This document shows, piece after piece, positions 12,232 through 24,250 of a stretch of 64,000 bases of DNA. Source of the stretch: Octopus sinensis. Its lineage: Eukaryota. Position 1 is the first letter of the stretch; each line of letters begins with the position of its first letter. The notes under the pieces were generated by a model that worked only from the letters and a program-made list of their open reading frames with translations, made no database searches and was not told the DNA's origin. A program made the position numbers and the translations under genes. The stretch is taken from assembly GCF_006345805.1 (NCBI RefSeq), contig NC_042999.1, positions 163,556,001-163,620,000 on the forward strand. The letters run 5' to 3'.

Positions 12232-13784
12232 CTGGCAAACTTCCAGGAAAACTGAAGGAAGGTAAAATATGCCCCATTCATAAAGGAGGTAGCAGAGCGG
12301 AAGCCAAGAACTATAGACCTATCTCTCTGACCTCACACATCAGCAAGGTCATGGAACGAATAGTCAGAAGGAAGCTGATCACCTTCCTTGAAGAGAATGA
12401 CTTGCTGCCCGACACCCAACATGGTTTCCGACCAGGGAGAAGCTGTTTAACTCAGCTCCTACAACACTATGACTGGGTGCTGAAACGGCTGCTCAACCAC
12501 TCAAATGTGGAAGTGATATATCTCGACTTTGCAAAGGCCTTTGATAAAGTCGATCATGGAATGATATGTCACAAACTGCGTGATCTCAACATAGTTGGAA
12601 AACTGGGAGAATGGCTTCATGACTTTCTGAAGGATAGAAGTCAGGTGGTAGTAGCCAATGGGGCCACCTCCATTAACACACAAATAGTGAGCGGTGTTCC
12701 GCAGGGCACTGTTCTGGGACCACTACTGTTCATAATGGCCCTCTCAGACATGCCCTCAGCCACGCAGAGAGCCACGATCACAAGTTATGCAGATGATACA
12801 AAAGTTTCACAGGCAATACAGAACCCTGAGGACACTAAACACCTGCAATGTGAGCTGGACGAAATATACAAGTGGGCTGAAAAGAATAGCATGCAGTTCA
12901 ATGCTGGAAAGTTTCAAGCTTTATACTATCAGCATGCAAAACTGAATGCAATACCCAATGAATACACTGGACCCGGAGGGATTGCAATCCCAGAGGCACA
13001 ATCAGTGCGTGACCTGGGTATTCACATGAGTGATGACGCGACCTTTCATGTACATGTTGCTAAACTGACAATGAAATGTAGACGGCTGGCTGGATGGATT
13101 CTTAGAACCTTTAGAACAAGAGAACAAGAAACCATGATGGTCCTCTGGAAGACACTTGTCCTAAGCCACTTTGACTATTGCTCTCAGCTATGGTCACCAT
13201 CCAGTGTCAAGTTGATCACAGAACTTGAGGCGATCCAACGAAGCTACACAAAGAAGATAGCCTCTATGCAGAATGTAAGCTACTGGGAAAGACTCAAGAG
13301 ATTAAAATTATATTCCCTGGAGCGTAGGCGGGAAAGATATGCCATAATATACATCTGGAAGATCCTGGAGGGAAGTGTCCTGAACTTTGGCATCGAGAGT
13401 TACGCAAATGCCAGAACTGGGCGCCACTGCGTGGTGCCTAGGACTCCAAACCTGCCATCAAGATGTAGGACAAGATTCTGTGATAGCTGGGCTTCCGAGG
13501 CCCACAGCTCTTCAATATCCTCCCGAAGAACCTGAGAGACCTGCATGGGGTGGATACAGATGTCTTTAAAATGAAGCTGGATCTCTTCCTGTCTGGTGTC
13601 CCAGATGAACCAACTTCACGGCAGGAGGGGCAGATGAGGGCAGTTGCATCGAACTCTCTTATGCACCAAATAGCAGTTGCTAGAAAGCCTCCATGAAGTG
13701 AAACCAAGTAGCAACACCAAATGGCGGTGCCCCAGCATGGCCACAGCTCATAAGCTGAAACTAGAATCAATCAATCAATCAATC

Positions 13785-13785
<1 letters not shown>
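12229..13785 (+). mobile_element. CR1-type LINE, 5'-truncated, with (AATC)n tail
   Basis: RT motifs NYRPISLTS, QHGFRPGRSC, YLDFAKAFDKV, GVPQGTVLGP, YADD. One frameshift near 13485; natural stop at 13694-13696. Flanked on both sides by (TA)n. Confidence 0.93.
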
Positions 13786-13848
<63 letters not shown>

Positions 13849-13893
13849 GTATATATATATATATGTATATATATATATGTATATATATATATG

Positions 13894-13941
<48 letters not shown>

Positions 13942-14029
13942 ATGTATATATATATATACACACACACATACATCCATATAAATACACGTATATTTATACA
14001 CACACATGTAAATTTAAATTTTAAATAAT

Positions 14030-14441
14030 AAGGGTGAAAAATTGAATATTAATTTGATTAATATGAATTGAAAACCAGTGGTGTAGCATATAAGACCATA
14101 GAGGATCTTCTAGCAAAATGGATGCCCACTGTTAATGGTTCATCCCTCTTACATAATAGTTTCACTTTAATAGTTTCAGTATTAAAGTGAAAACATTTGA
14201 CATTACCATAGAGAGATGTTTTTGTTTCACTTTTAACATGTAATACTGAAATAGTGGAGAAGATATGATATTGCTGTGGGCTTGCCCTAGGCAAGAAGTT
14301 AAAAAATTTTTTTGCCCATGACACTACATGGACCTTAACTAAGGCATGTGTAAAATTTTAATGGAATTGGTTGTGTAGTTCTCAAATTTTAAGGATTCAC
14401 ACAGACAGACAGACACATATTCTCAGTTTTATATATATAGA
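14030..14441 (-). mobile_element. Helitron-like non-autonomous element, family 2
   Basis: Minus-strand start TCTATATATATAAAACTGAG followed by (TCTG)n. About 400 bp is shared with 38159-38577. Confidence 0.6.
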
Positions 14442-16311
14442 TCAGGTGATAGAGAGAGAGTTAGTTTAGATGAGATGCAGTTTGGGTTCGTGCCAGGGAA
14501 AAGTACCACTGATGCTATATTCCTGGTAAGGCAGCTGCAGGAGAAATACCTAGCCAAAGATAAACCCCTCTACATAGCTTTTGTGGACTTGGAGAAAGCC
14601 TTTGACAGGGTCCCCCGATTCCTTATCTGGTGGTCAATGAGGAAACTAGGGATAGATGAATGGTTAGTGAGAGCTGTGCGAGCCATGTACAGGGACGCTG
14701 CTAGTAAGGTGAGGGTTGGCAACGAGTACAGTGAAGAATTCCGGGTAGAGGTAGGGGTCCACCAAGGCTCAGTCCTCAGCCCCCTCCTATTTATCATAGT
14801 CCTTCAGGCAATAACGGAGGAATTCAAGACAGGATGCCCTTGGGAGCTCCTCTATGCTGATGACCTTGCTCTAATTGCTGAGTCACTATCAGAACTGGAG
14901 GAGAAGTTTCAGGTGTGGAAACAAGGATTAGAATCGAAGGGCCTCAGAGTCAATCTAGCTAAAACCAAAGTCGTAATCAGTAGGAAGGTAGACAAATCAC
15001 AAACGCCTTCAGGTAGATGGCCCTGCTCGATCTGTAGAAAAGGTGTTGGTAGAAACTCTATAAGATGCACCAAGTGTAAGCTATGGACACATAAGAGGGG
15101 CAGCAATGTCAAAGGAAGGCTAACTAGGAAGATGGTTTTTGTATGTGGCAGATGCTCAGAAACAATAAACACTGAAAATGCTCTGAGAAAAACTAGAAAT
15201 AGTTGATAGCTTCCGTTACCTAGGTGACCAAGTCAGCAGTGGGGGCGGGTGTGCTGAAAGTGTAACTGCTAGAGTAAGAAAAGCTTGGGCAAAGTTCAGG
15301 GAGCTCTTGCCTCTGCTGGTGACAAAAGGCCTCTCGCACAGAGTAAAAGGCAGACTGTATGATGCGTGTGTACGAACAGCCATGCTACATGGCAGTGAAA
15401 CATGGGCCGTGACTGCTGAGGATATGCGTAAGCTTGCAAGAAATGAAACCAGTATGCTCCGATGGATGTGTAATGTCAGTACTCATACTCAACAGAGTGT
15501 AAGTACCTTGAGAGAAAAGCTGGACCTAAGTAGCATCAGTTGTGGTGTGCAAGAGAGACGTTTGCGCTGGTATGGGCATGTGGCGAGAATGGATGAAGAT
15601 AGTTGTGTGAAAAAGTACCACACCCTAGCGGTTGAGGGAACCTGTGGAAGAGGCAGACCCAGGAAAACCTGGGACGAGGTGGTGAAGCACGACCTTCGAA
15701 CTTTAGGTCTCACTGAGGAAATGACTAGAGACCGAGACCTCTGGAAGTATGCTGTGCGCGAGAAGACCCGGCAGAACAAGTGAGACCATAACCCGTGCCC
15801 TTCTACATGGGATGGAGCCAGCCTACGTATGCATACCTTCCCTTCTTGGGACATAAAACTCTACTTGTGAAGACCTGTTGAGGCAAGTGAGGATCAGAAT
15901 CGAAATCGATCAATGGAAATTGCAGCTGAGTTACCAGTGCCGGTGGCACGTAAGAGAACCATCCGTTCGTGACTGTTGCCAGTGCCGCCCCGACTGGCCT
16001 TGTGCCAGTGGCACGTAAAAAGCTCCATCCGTTCGTGTCCGTTGCCAGCCTCGCCTGGCCCCCATGCTGGTGACACGTAAAAGCACCATCCGTTCGTGGC
16101 CGTTTGCCAGCTCTGTCTGGCACCTGTGCAGGTGGCACGTAAAAAGCACCCACTACACTCACGGAGTGGTTGGCGTTAGGAAGGGCATCCAGCCGTAGAA
16201 ACACTGCTAGATCAGACTGGGCCTGATGCAGCCTTCTGGCTTCACAGACCCCAGTTGAACCGTCCAACCCATGCTAGCATGGAAAGCGGACGCTAAATGG
16301 TGATGATGATG
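14442..16311 (+). mobile_element. RTE-clade LINE, subfamily B, 5'-truncated
   Basis: ORFs 14475-15206 and 15307-15783 (RT, PHD-like finger, GRGRPRKTW; deletion/frameshift near 15190). 3' UTR has ~60-bp repeats and a (GAT)n tail. Confidence 0.93.
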
Positions 16312-17682
16312 TGTGTGTATATATGTATTATTGTTTGATTGAATGCCACGCATCCACTTCCAAGTAAGTTTATCTCTATCTTTTTGATGCAACTCTACTC
16401 TATACTGTTTTCTCCCTCATTGTTTTTTCTCTCATCCTTTTCTCTAATTCCCTTTTTCTCCCCTTCACTGTTTTCTATCTGTCAGTCTCTCTCCCTCTTT
16501 CTCCTTTTCTCTCTCTCGTTGCTCACATGTGACCATCAACCATCTTTCTTTTCCACACTTGATTGTCTTTCTTTTCTTTCAGGACTGTCCTAAGGACTGG
16601 GCGTATCCTGTCTCTCTCTTCTATCTTTATTCTTGTCAAAGAAAATATTTCTCGAGCGTTGGCTATTTTACCCTCATTCTGGTATAACGACCCTCCATGT
16701 TTGTTTTAAATTGGCTTCCTTGTACGTCTCCACTGTCCTGTTTTTGTTCCCAACTGTGATCCTCCCTAAATCCCAAATATTATTTTGGTACTTATCATTG
16801 TCTTGTGAGAGAGTGTGTGTGTGTTTATGTGCGCACGTGTGTGGTGCGTGTGTTTGTGTCTTTGTATCTGAAAGATACAAGGAGGACTGGTCAAGTTGTT
16901 AAGAGTAATCAGTGCCACTTTTGTTTTTATTTTTTTGCAACTGTAAATGGTTTTTGGTCTTTAGAAATTGGCCATTTCAATATTGTCTGGATTTCTTATT
17001 ATTATTGTTTTGTGAGGGTGTGCTTGCATGTGGGTGCCTGTGAGTTAGGCAGGGGTGTCATTGGAGAAGGGAAGAAAGAAGAGAAAGAGGAAGAAGAAAC
17101 AATTGTGTTGATATTTATACCACCAATGCTTGATTACAAAAACAGGTTTGTTTTATTTACATTTTAAAAGTCAATTTGCTTTGGTGATCAATAAGAATGT
17201 AGAGTAATATACAGTGTACTAAATGCTACACTATGTTTGTTAAATTATAAATTGTCCTTTAATGTATGATGAGCAAAATTTCATAAGGTCCGTACTTGAA
17301 ACAGAGACTTTCTTGTGTTGAAGTTACAAATGACAGAATATAAACTGACAACTACTGAGTCTGTTGTCTGATCTTCAATTGATTTAGTCTAATATCTCAC
17401 TGATTGACAGCTCAATAAATATTAAGTTTTATCATACAGAAGCAACTGGTTCCACAAATTAAAGTAAAATGGTTTCATTCATATATTAGAAGATCATTTG
17501 TTCAATGTTGTATTTTCAAAAACCAAAACATATGTGTAGAACTGTGTGTGTGCATGTGTGTGTGTTTAATACAATTTACTTTACAAATTTGGTCCTTCAT
17601 CTGGTACAGCTTATTATCGATATTTTCAGCCATTCAATTTGGCAGAGAACTTAGTTATGAAATATTTTTCCATATTCGACTT

Positions 17683-18206
17683 ACACATACCTTTCCTTCT
17701 TGGGACACAAAACTCCACTTGTGAAGACCCGTTGAGGCAAGTGAAAATCAAAATCAAAATCAAGCCAAATCAAATCAGAAAGCAGAACCAAAATCGAAGT
17801 CGATTAACATCAATGGAAATTGCAGCTGTGATACCAGTGCCGGTGACAAGTAAGCGAACCATCTGATCGTGGCCGTGGCCAGTGCCGCCCCGACTGGCCT
17901 CCGTGCCGGTGGCACGTAAAAAGCACCATCCGTTCGTGGCCGTTGCCAGCCTCACCTGGCCCCCGTGCCGGTGGCACGTAAAAAGCACCATCCGTCTGTG
18001 GCCGTTTGCCAGCTCCGGGTGGCACGTAGAAAGCACCCACTACACTCACGGAGTGGTTGGCGTTAGGAAGGGCATCCAGCCGTAGAAACACTGCCAGATC
18101 AGACTGGGCCTGATGCAGCCTTCTGGCTTCACAGACCCCAGTTGAACCGTCCAACCCATGCTAGCATGGAAAGCGGACGCTAAATGATGATGATGATGAT
18201 GATGAT
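17683..18206 (+). mobile_element. RTE subfamily B 3' UTR fragment
   Basis: Matches 15830-16311 and ends in CCATGCTAGCATGG...(GAT)n. Confidence 0.9.
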
Positions 18207-18930
18207 TCCTCCTGAAGGAGGTGTTATTCTTTGGACATTTGTAGAAAGGAAAGATCTTAAATTTTCCTTCTCCACATGTATCTAGGTGTTTACTCAGTGG
18301 TATCTTGCGCAGTTCCTCCTGTCGGACATGTTGTTGGTGAGTTCTGGCTCGTTGGCATAAAGAATTTCCAGCTTCACCTATATAATCCTCCTTGCATGTG
18401 GGGCAGGTTATGCAGTATATTACATTCTGCATCTTGCAGTTCATATCTGCATTTATTTTGAATATGTGACTACTTTTAAATTTCATTTCTATGTCTCCCT
18501 CTATGTGGGGTTACTGCAGATCTTTACAAAGAATTCAGTTTTAGTCTCCGATGAGTTAGTTGTTTCTTCAGGTTTTTGTCTTGGCATTTACTGTTTTTTT
18601 ATTTGTTTAATACGTTTCCCATTTTGGGGCTTTGTAGGACTATTGGTAGGTTTGAATGTATGATTTGGAACATGTTGGTAACTCCAGGGTTGTGTGTGTT
18701 TATGAAAGGGATGATGTTCTTTTTGTTTTTCGTTTTTGGAGTTCTGAGTTCTGTGATGTCCAGTTTCATTGCTCTTGTGATTCCATTTTTTATTAATTTC
18801 TGTTCTAGTAGGAAGTTTTTAAGTTCATTTAGTCTTATTTGGCGTGTTTGTGAGTCGGTCACTATGCTGCATATGCGTCTTGCCATACTATATGGAATGT
18901 TTCTTTTTATGTGGGATGGGTGGTAGGAGT
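18207..18930 (-). mobile_element. Penelope-like element GIY-YIG endonuclease remnant
   Basis: NVIYCITCPTCKEDYIGEAGNSLCQRARTHQ (GIY-YIG with Cys/His motif) and the upstream IPFINTHNP segment. Confidence 0.85.
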
Positions 18931-18989
18931 AGAAATTTATATATTGGTGTGTGTCGGTTTTTTTGTAGTGGATTGTATATATTTATATA

Positions 18990-19203
18990 TTTGTGTGTGT
19001 CTGTGTTTATTCCCCCACCCCCCCATCATCACTTGACAACCAGTGCTGGTGTGTTTATGTTCCCATAGCTTCGCAGTTTGGCAAAAGAGACCAATAGAAT
19101 AAGTACTAGGCTTACAAAGAATAAGTCCTAAGGTCGATTTGTTCAACTAAAGGCAGCCCTCCAGCATGGCCACGGTCAAATGACTGAAACAAATAAAAGA
19201 ATA
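18990..19203 (+). mobile_element. SINE family A 3' half
   Basis: CTTGACAACC...CCAGCATGGCCACGGTCAAATGACTGAAAC. Confidence 0.75.
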
Positions 19204-19577
19204 GTGAAGCCATGTATTTTCATGAACGCACTAATGAGATTTGTGCTGAAATGCTCATGAAAATATTGTCACTTCAGCTGATTTTGGGTAGTTTGGTAAC
19301 AAAGGGTTAAACGCTTATTTAAATATATGTGTCTACGGCAAACTTGCAAAACATTGAATGCTTACAATTGTTTCTCTTGCTTACAGCTAGAAACTGCAGT
19401 TAAGTAAATACACTGATGCACCCTATTACTATGTAGTATCTAAAAATTTATTAGAAATATATAAAATTAATTCATTTTTGTATTAGGTTTGCTTGATTCT
19501 TTATGTGAATTTGTGTGTTGAAACAAATTTTCTGTATCTTGGGAATGTCATTATAATAATAATGATAATAATAATAA

Positions 19578-20597
19578 TAATCATCATCATCATCATCGTT
19601 TAACATCCGTTTTCCATGCTAGCATGGGTTGGACGGTTCAACTGGGGATCTGGGAAGCCAGAAGGCTGCGCCAGGCCCAGTCTGGTCTGGCAGTGTTTCT
19701 ATGGATGGATGCCCTTCCTAACGCCAACCACTCTGTGAGTGTAGTGGGTGCTTTTTACGTGCCACCTGCACAGGTGCCAGACGAGGCTGGCAAATGGCCA
19801 CAGACGGATGGTGCTTTTTACGTGCCACCGGCACGGGGGCCAGACGAGGCTGGCAATGGCCACAATCGGATGGTGCATTTTACGTGCCACCGGCACGGAG
19901 GCCAGTCGGGGCGGTGCTGGCAACAGCCACGTTCGGATGGTTCTCTTACGTGCCATCGGCACAGGTATCACAGCTACAATTTCCATTGATGTTGATCGAT
20001 TTCGATTTTGATTTTCATTTTGATTTTCACTTGCCTCAACAGGTCTTCACAAGTAGGGTTTGTGTCACAAAAGGGAAAGGTATGCATAAGTGGGCTGGCT
20101 ACGTCCCAGGTAGAGGCCATGGGTTATGGTCTGACTTGTCCTGCCGGGTCTTCCCACGCACAGCATACTTCCAAAGGTCTCGGTCTCTGGTCATTTCCTC
20201 GGTGAGACCTAATGTTTGAAGGTTGTGCTTCACCACCTCGTCCCAGGTTTTCCTGGGTCTACCTCTTCCACAGGTTCCCTCAACCGCTAGGGTGTGGCAC
20301 TTTTTCACACAACTATCTTCATCCATTCTCGCTATATGACCATACCAGCGCAGACGTCTCTCTTGCACACCGCAACTGATGCTTCTTAGATCTAACTTTC
20401 CTCTCAAGGTACTTACACTCTGTCGAGTATGAACGCTGACATTACACATCCATCGGAACATACTGGCTTCATTTCTTGCAAGCTTACGCATGTCCTCAGC
20501 AGTCACAGCCCAAGTTTCACTGCCATGTAGCATGGCTGTTCGTACACATGCATCATACAGTCTGCTTTTTATTCTGAGCGAGAGGCCTTTTGTCACC
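19578..20597 (-). mobile_element. RTE subfamily B 3' fragment
   Basis: Reverse complement of the ORF end (GLSLRIKSRLYDACV...RGKTRQDK) plus 3' UTR and tail. Confidence 0.92.
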
Positions 20598-20704
20598 ATA
20601 ATAATAATAATAACATGCATGGATTCAATTCCACTTATTGTTAGGCAATTGGTTAAATACCTAACCAACCAACCAACTAATCAATCATTTGTTTACTATA
20701 CTGG

Positions 20705-21202
20705 TTAAACAATCATTCAGCTGTTTGTTAGTCAAAGTTCTTTCACTGCTGTTTGCAACCTTTTCAATGACTTAATGACTTCCCTTCTTGCTCCAAGGTC
20801 TGCTCTGAATCTGTCTGAAAATCGGTCTGATGTCTCTGTGTATGCATGCTTGTATGTGTGTTTGCTTAGAAGAGGAGGTAAGGATGAGAGTAAACAAAGG
20901 GTTTGTGTGTGTTTGCATGTGTACACCCATGTGACTGCTTATACGTGTGTTTGGGTGTATGTGCACTAGCCATCCATGACCTCTGTAAGTGGTTGGCCTT
21001 TTGTCCTTTCTGTTCTTGGTCAGTCTCTTGTTTGCTGAAGATTTATGGGTTTAGAGTGTGCATACACTCTCAGATATAATGCCAACTCTCAGACAGAGGC
21101 AGAGGAGACCTTGAAGTGAATGGGAAAGTTACTAAGTTACTGAAAAAGCCACAAGCAGCAACGAGAGAACTTCGACTAACAAACAACTGATTGATTGTTT
21201 AA
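20705..21202. repeat. Imperfect inverted repeat, 114-bp arms, about 78% identity
   Basis: 20705-20818 is the ungapped reverse complement of 21089-21202 with about 25 mismatches (hand count). Confidence 0.8.
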
Positions 21203-22212
21203 TGACCACATTAAACAAACAATAAAGGAGTGAAATTGAACCTATGCATGTGTTATTGTTGGCATAATGACTCTCAAGAAACAATAAAATAGATTAATGT
21301 ATATCATGTAACCGTCTAAATGTAATTTTTGTTTTTATTCTTATTTTAAAATTTTGCTTCTATCTTTTTAGATATTCTTGGTATACTTTAATTTCACATC
21401 TTTATGATTTGGAATATCTAGTTTGAGATATATGAGCATTATTGTGTGGTAATAAGCTCTTAGTATATTGTGTCTGTCTCAGTTTAATTTCTGTTTTTCT
21501 GGTTAAAGAAGTCAAACCTTTCTCAATAAACTGGAGAAAGGCAATAACTGCTTAATTGACTTGTTCTTCACACTGTTGTTGCAGTCCATATTTTATTGGG
21601 TTATAGAAGTACTGCTCAAAATAGTTTTCATGCAATGATTTCTTGTGCATATCAGCCTGGCCAAGTCCATTGCTCTATATTTCTAGCAGAATTTGAAGTC
21701 CATATTGTAAGTTAACAATGCAGTTGCTTTTCTTTTTTTTACATCTATAGGCTTTCTGTCAACTATATCCTTTACACTTAGTAGTTATTTTGCATGGTCA
21801 CGACATAGCATTTGTAGGATACAAATGTTTGGTTATTAGGTTGGTAAATTGACACACTATTGATTTGTCCATCTGTACCATTTCTTTGATGGCAAAAGTT
21901 TCAGTACTATTCCCTATAACTCAAGTTGTAGGACATTATTAATTTCATGTTTATAAATGCACAAATTGGACTAAGCTAAAAAATAAATAATGGACAAAAT
22001 GGAATAAGCAGGACAAGAGGAGACACATGGAACAGAGTTACTGATGGGGTCACAGAATGTGTGATGAAAGAAATTTGACAGATGTATAAACTAAAAATAA
22101 TAAAAGTAGAAACTAAAGTGAAGGTTGAATAAATAGTGTGTGTGTTTAATTGGCAAAAAACAAATGACCATCCACAAGTATAAAAAAATAATTTTTCTTT
22201 CAATATTTCCAG

Positions 22213-22357
22213 CTAACACCATCACACCCACTGTTGAACTGAATGCCCTTGCAATGAAAAGGGGTGAACCAGCCATTTACAAAACATTTGAACATCGCCA
22301 TCCATTTTATTCTCCTACGCCCCACAACTATGATTATAGAGGATATTACAATCAAAG
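22213..22357 (+). CDS. stau: staufen exon: dsRBD2 N-half and Pro/Tyr-rich insertion
   Basis: ttccag|CT...CAA AG|gtacag; ANTITPTVELNALAMKRGEPAIYKTFEHRHPFYSPTPHNYDYRGYYNQR. TPTVELNALAMK is the Staufen dsRBD2 signature. Confidence 0.95.
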
Positions 22358-22823
22358 GTACAGTTAAATGTAGATTTTCTTTCATTCAAAAACTTGGTTT
22401 CTGGTGCGGTATTGCTTATATATTTTATAATTTAGTACTATAAAAAGTAAATCTAGGTAAATCCTTTTTCTTAATTTTAATTCTAATGTCTTCCACTCAA
22501 CACTTTTTGTCTGAAGCATCTATTATGGTGTTGATGCATGATAGTAAAAATGTGAAAAACTCTATCTTTGGTCATCTAAATACATGTTCATTTCTTAGTT
22601 AGGAAGAGAATCATTCTTAATCAGCCACAATTCAAACCGTTTTACCAAACTCTTGCAACAAACCTTCTACTTGAGTATTAGAGGCTTTTCATATTTATTA
22701 TGACAAAAAGTTAATTTTACATTTAGTGAATAACTTCAAACTAAACAACACAGTATTTTTGGTTTATTTTTAAGGTTTGTTCTACATTTTTCAAACTTGT
22801 AAAAATGTATTCATACAGAATAG

Positions 22824-22982
22824 GCACAGGCGTGACTGTGTGGTAAGAAGCTTGCTTTCAAACCACATGGTTCTGGGTTCATTCCTACTGCATGGCACCT
22901 TGGGCAAGTGTCGTCTACAATAGCCTTAGGCTGACCAAAGCTTTGTGAGTGGATTTGATAGACAGAAACTGAAAGAAGCTTG

Positions 22983-23016
<34 letters not shown>

Positions 23017-23490
23017 CAAATTGGGGGTTGTGAGTGCAACCCACCATGGGATAACATGTATCCAATATACTGCTAGTAAAGTACCCAACAAAGTTAATAA
23101 GAATTGCGATGCAGTTAATTCATTCACTGTATTATATGGGCAAAGGTAAAATGTTTTACCACAAATTAATAATACAAAATAAGAAAATGGAGAAATACAT
23201 CTTAATCAATAATCAACTACCAGAAAATACCCAATCACATAATTTATTAACCCACTACATATGAACATTAAGGTCAAACATAATAATATAGAACAAAACA
23301 ATGTACATCAATGAGTAATATGTACATTGTTTTGTTCTATATTGTTATGTTTGACCTTAATGTTCATATGTAGTGGGTTAATAAATTATGTGATTGGGTA
23401 TTTTCTGGTAGTTGATTATTGATTAAGATGTATTTCGAGTCATTCAACTAAAAATCCAAGGCAGTCTAATGACTGAAACAAGTAAAAGGA
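22824..23490 (+). mobile_element. SINE family A copy whose centre is replaced by an unrelated AT-rich insert
   Basis: Head at about 22824-22985; tail fragment GGCAGTCTAATGACTGAAACAAG at about 23437-23490. Confidence 0.6.
23192..23436. repeat. Near-perfect inverted repeat: 117-bp arms, 11-nt loop
   Basis: 23192-23308 pairs with 23320-23436 with a single T/G mismatch; loop CAATGAGTAAT. Confidence 0.95.
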
Positions 23491-24250
23491 AAAAAGATAA
23501 AGATAAATGTTGATAATTTAAGCAATATCGTTCTTCCCTTCTTTTCATATTCAAGTATGCCATCATAATATTTCAAATGGCTTGTAGTATATATCTTTGA
23601 ATTAACTACAGTTCTTTCATAATCCCTGTTTTAATGTTGATTTTCTAATGCTAGAATGGTTTTGACATGGCTTTTTGTTTCTATTTCAACTATGAAAACC
23701 AATGTTCTCAGATCAGACCTCACCTCTTCTGTTCATGGGTAAAGTCCTCTGTTGGCTGAAAGCATATTTTCAATTCATGTTTTACATAATTTCATCCTAA
23801 TGGTTTTGAAACTGAAAAAAAAACAAAACCTTTCAAATTGTTATGACATCCTGCACCAGGGACAAAGGACCTATCATATGTAATGCATGCACTGCATGCC
23901 TTACTATTTTTCCAGGATAACTAATTTTTGTGTCATATAACTTATTGATAATTTTCACTATTCTCATTGTACTTGAATTTTTTTGTTTTTCCCATTCTTT
24001 CATTTGTAAGTATGAATTGTAAACAACTGATATTATTTAATAAGTATAAGTAAAGAAAATGGCTGTTTGCTTAGTGAGAAAAGAAGGAAAAGCCGTAAAT
24101 AATTGCTTTGCTGCTCCTTCTTCAAAAAGAAGAGGGAGTGTGAAAGAAAAAAACAAATGAGTGGTTAAGAGAGAGACAAACAGAGAAAGGCAACTATTTT
24201 TTTAAGAGAGTTCTATTATTCTTTTTGAGAAGGGAGTATTAAAAAGATAG

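Noticed and set aside
13677-14024. YI/IY-rich ORFs on both strands (also near 4740-5086, 8361-9082, 28885-29169)
   Set aside because: Translations of (TA)n and (TG)n microsatellites.
15900-16200. Regularly spaced ~60-bp repeats resembling a CRISPR array
   Set aside because: They are internal to the RTE 3' UTR, the inter-repeat sequences are homologous rather than unique spacers, and the context is eukaryotic with no cas genes.
20732-20926. Minus-strand ORF (DRFSDRFRADLGARREVIKSLKRL) as a nested gene exon
   Set aside because: It is one arm of the 114-bp inverted repeat plus TG-rich sequence; no partner exons found.
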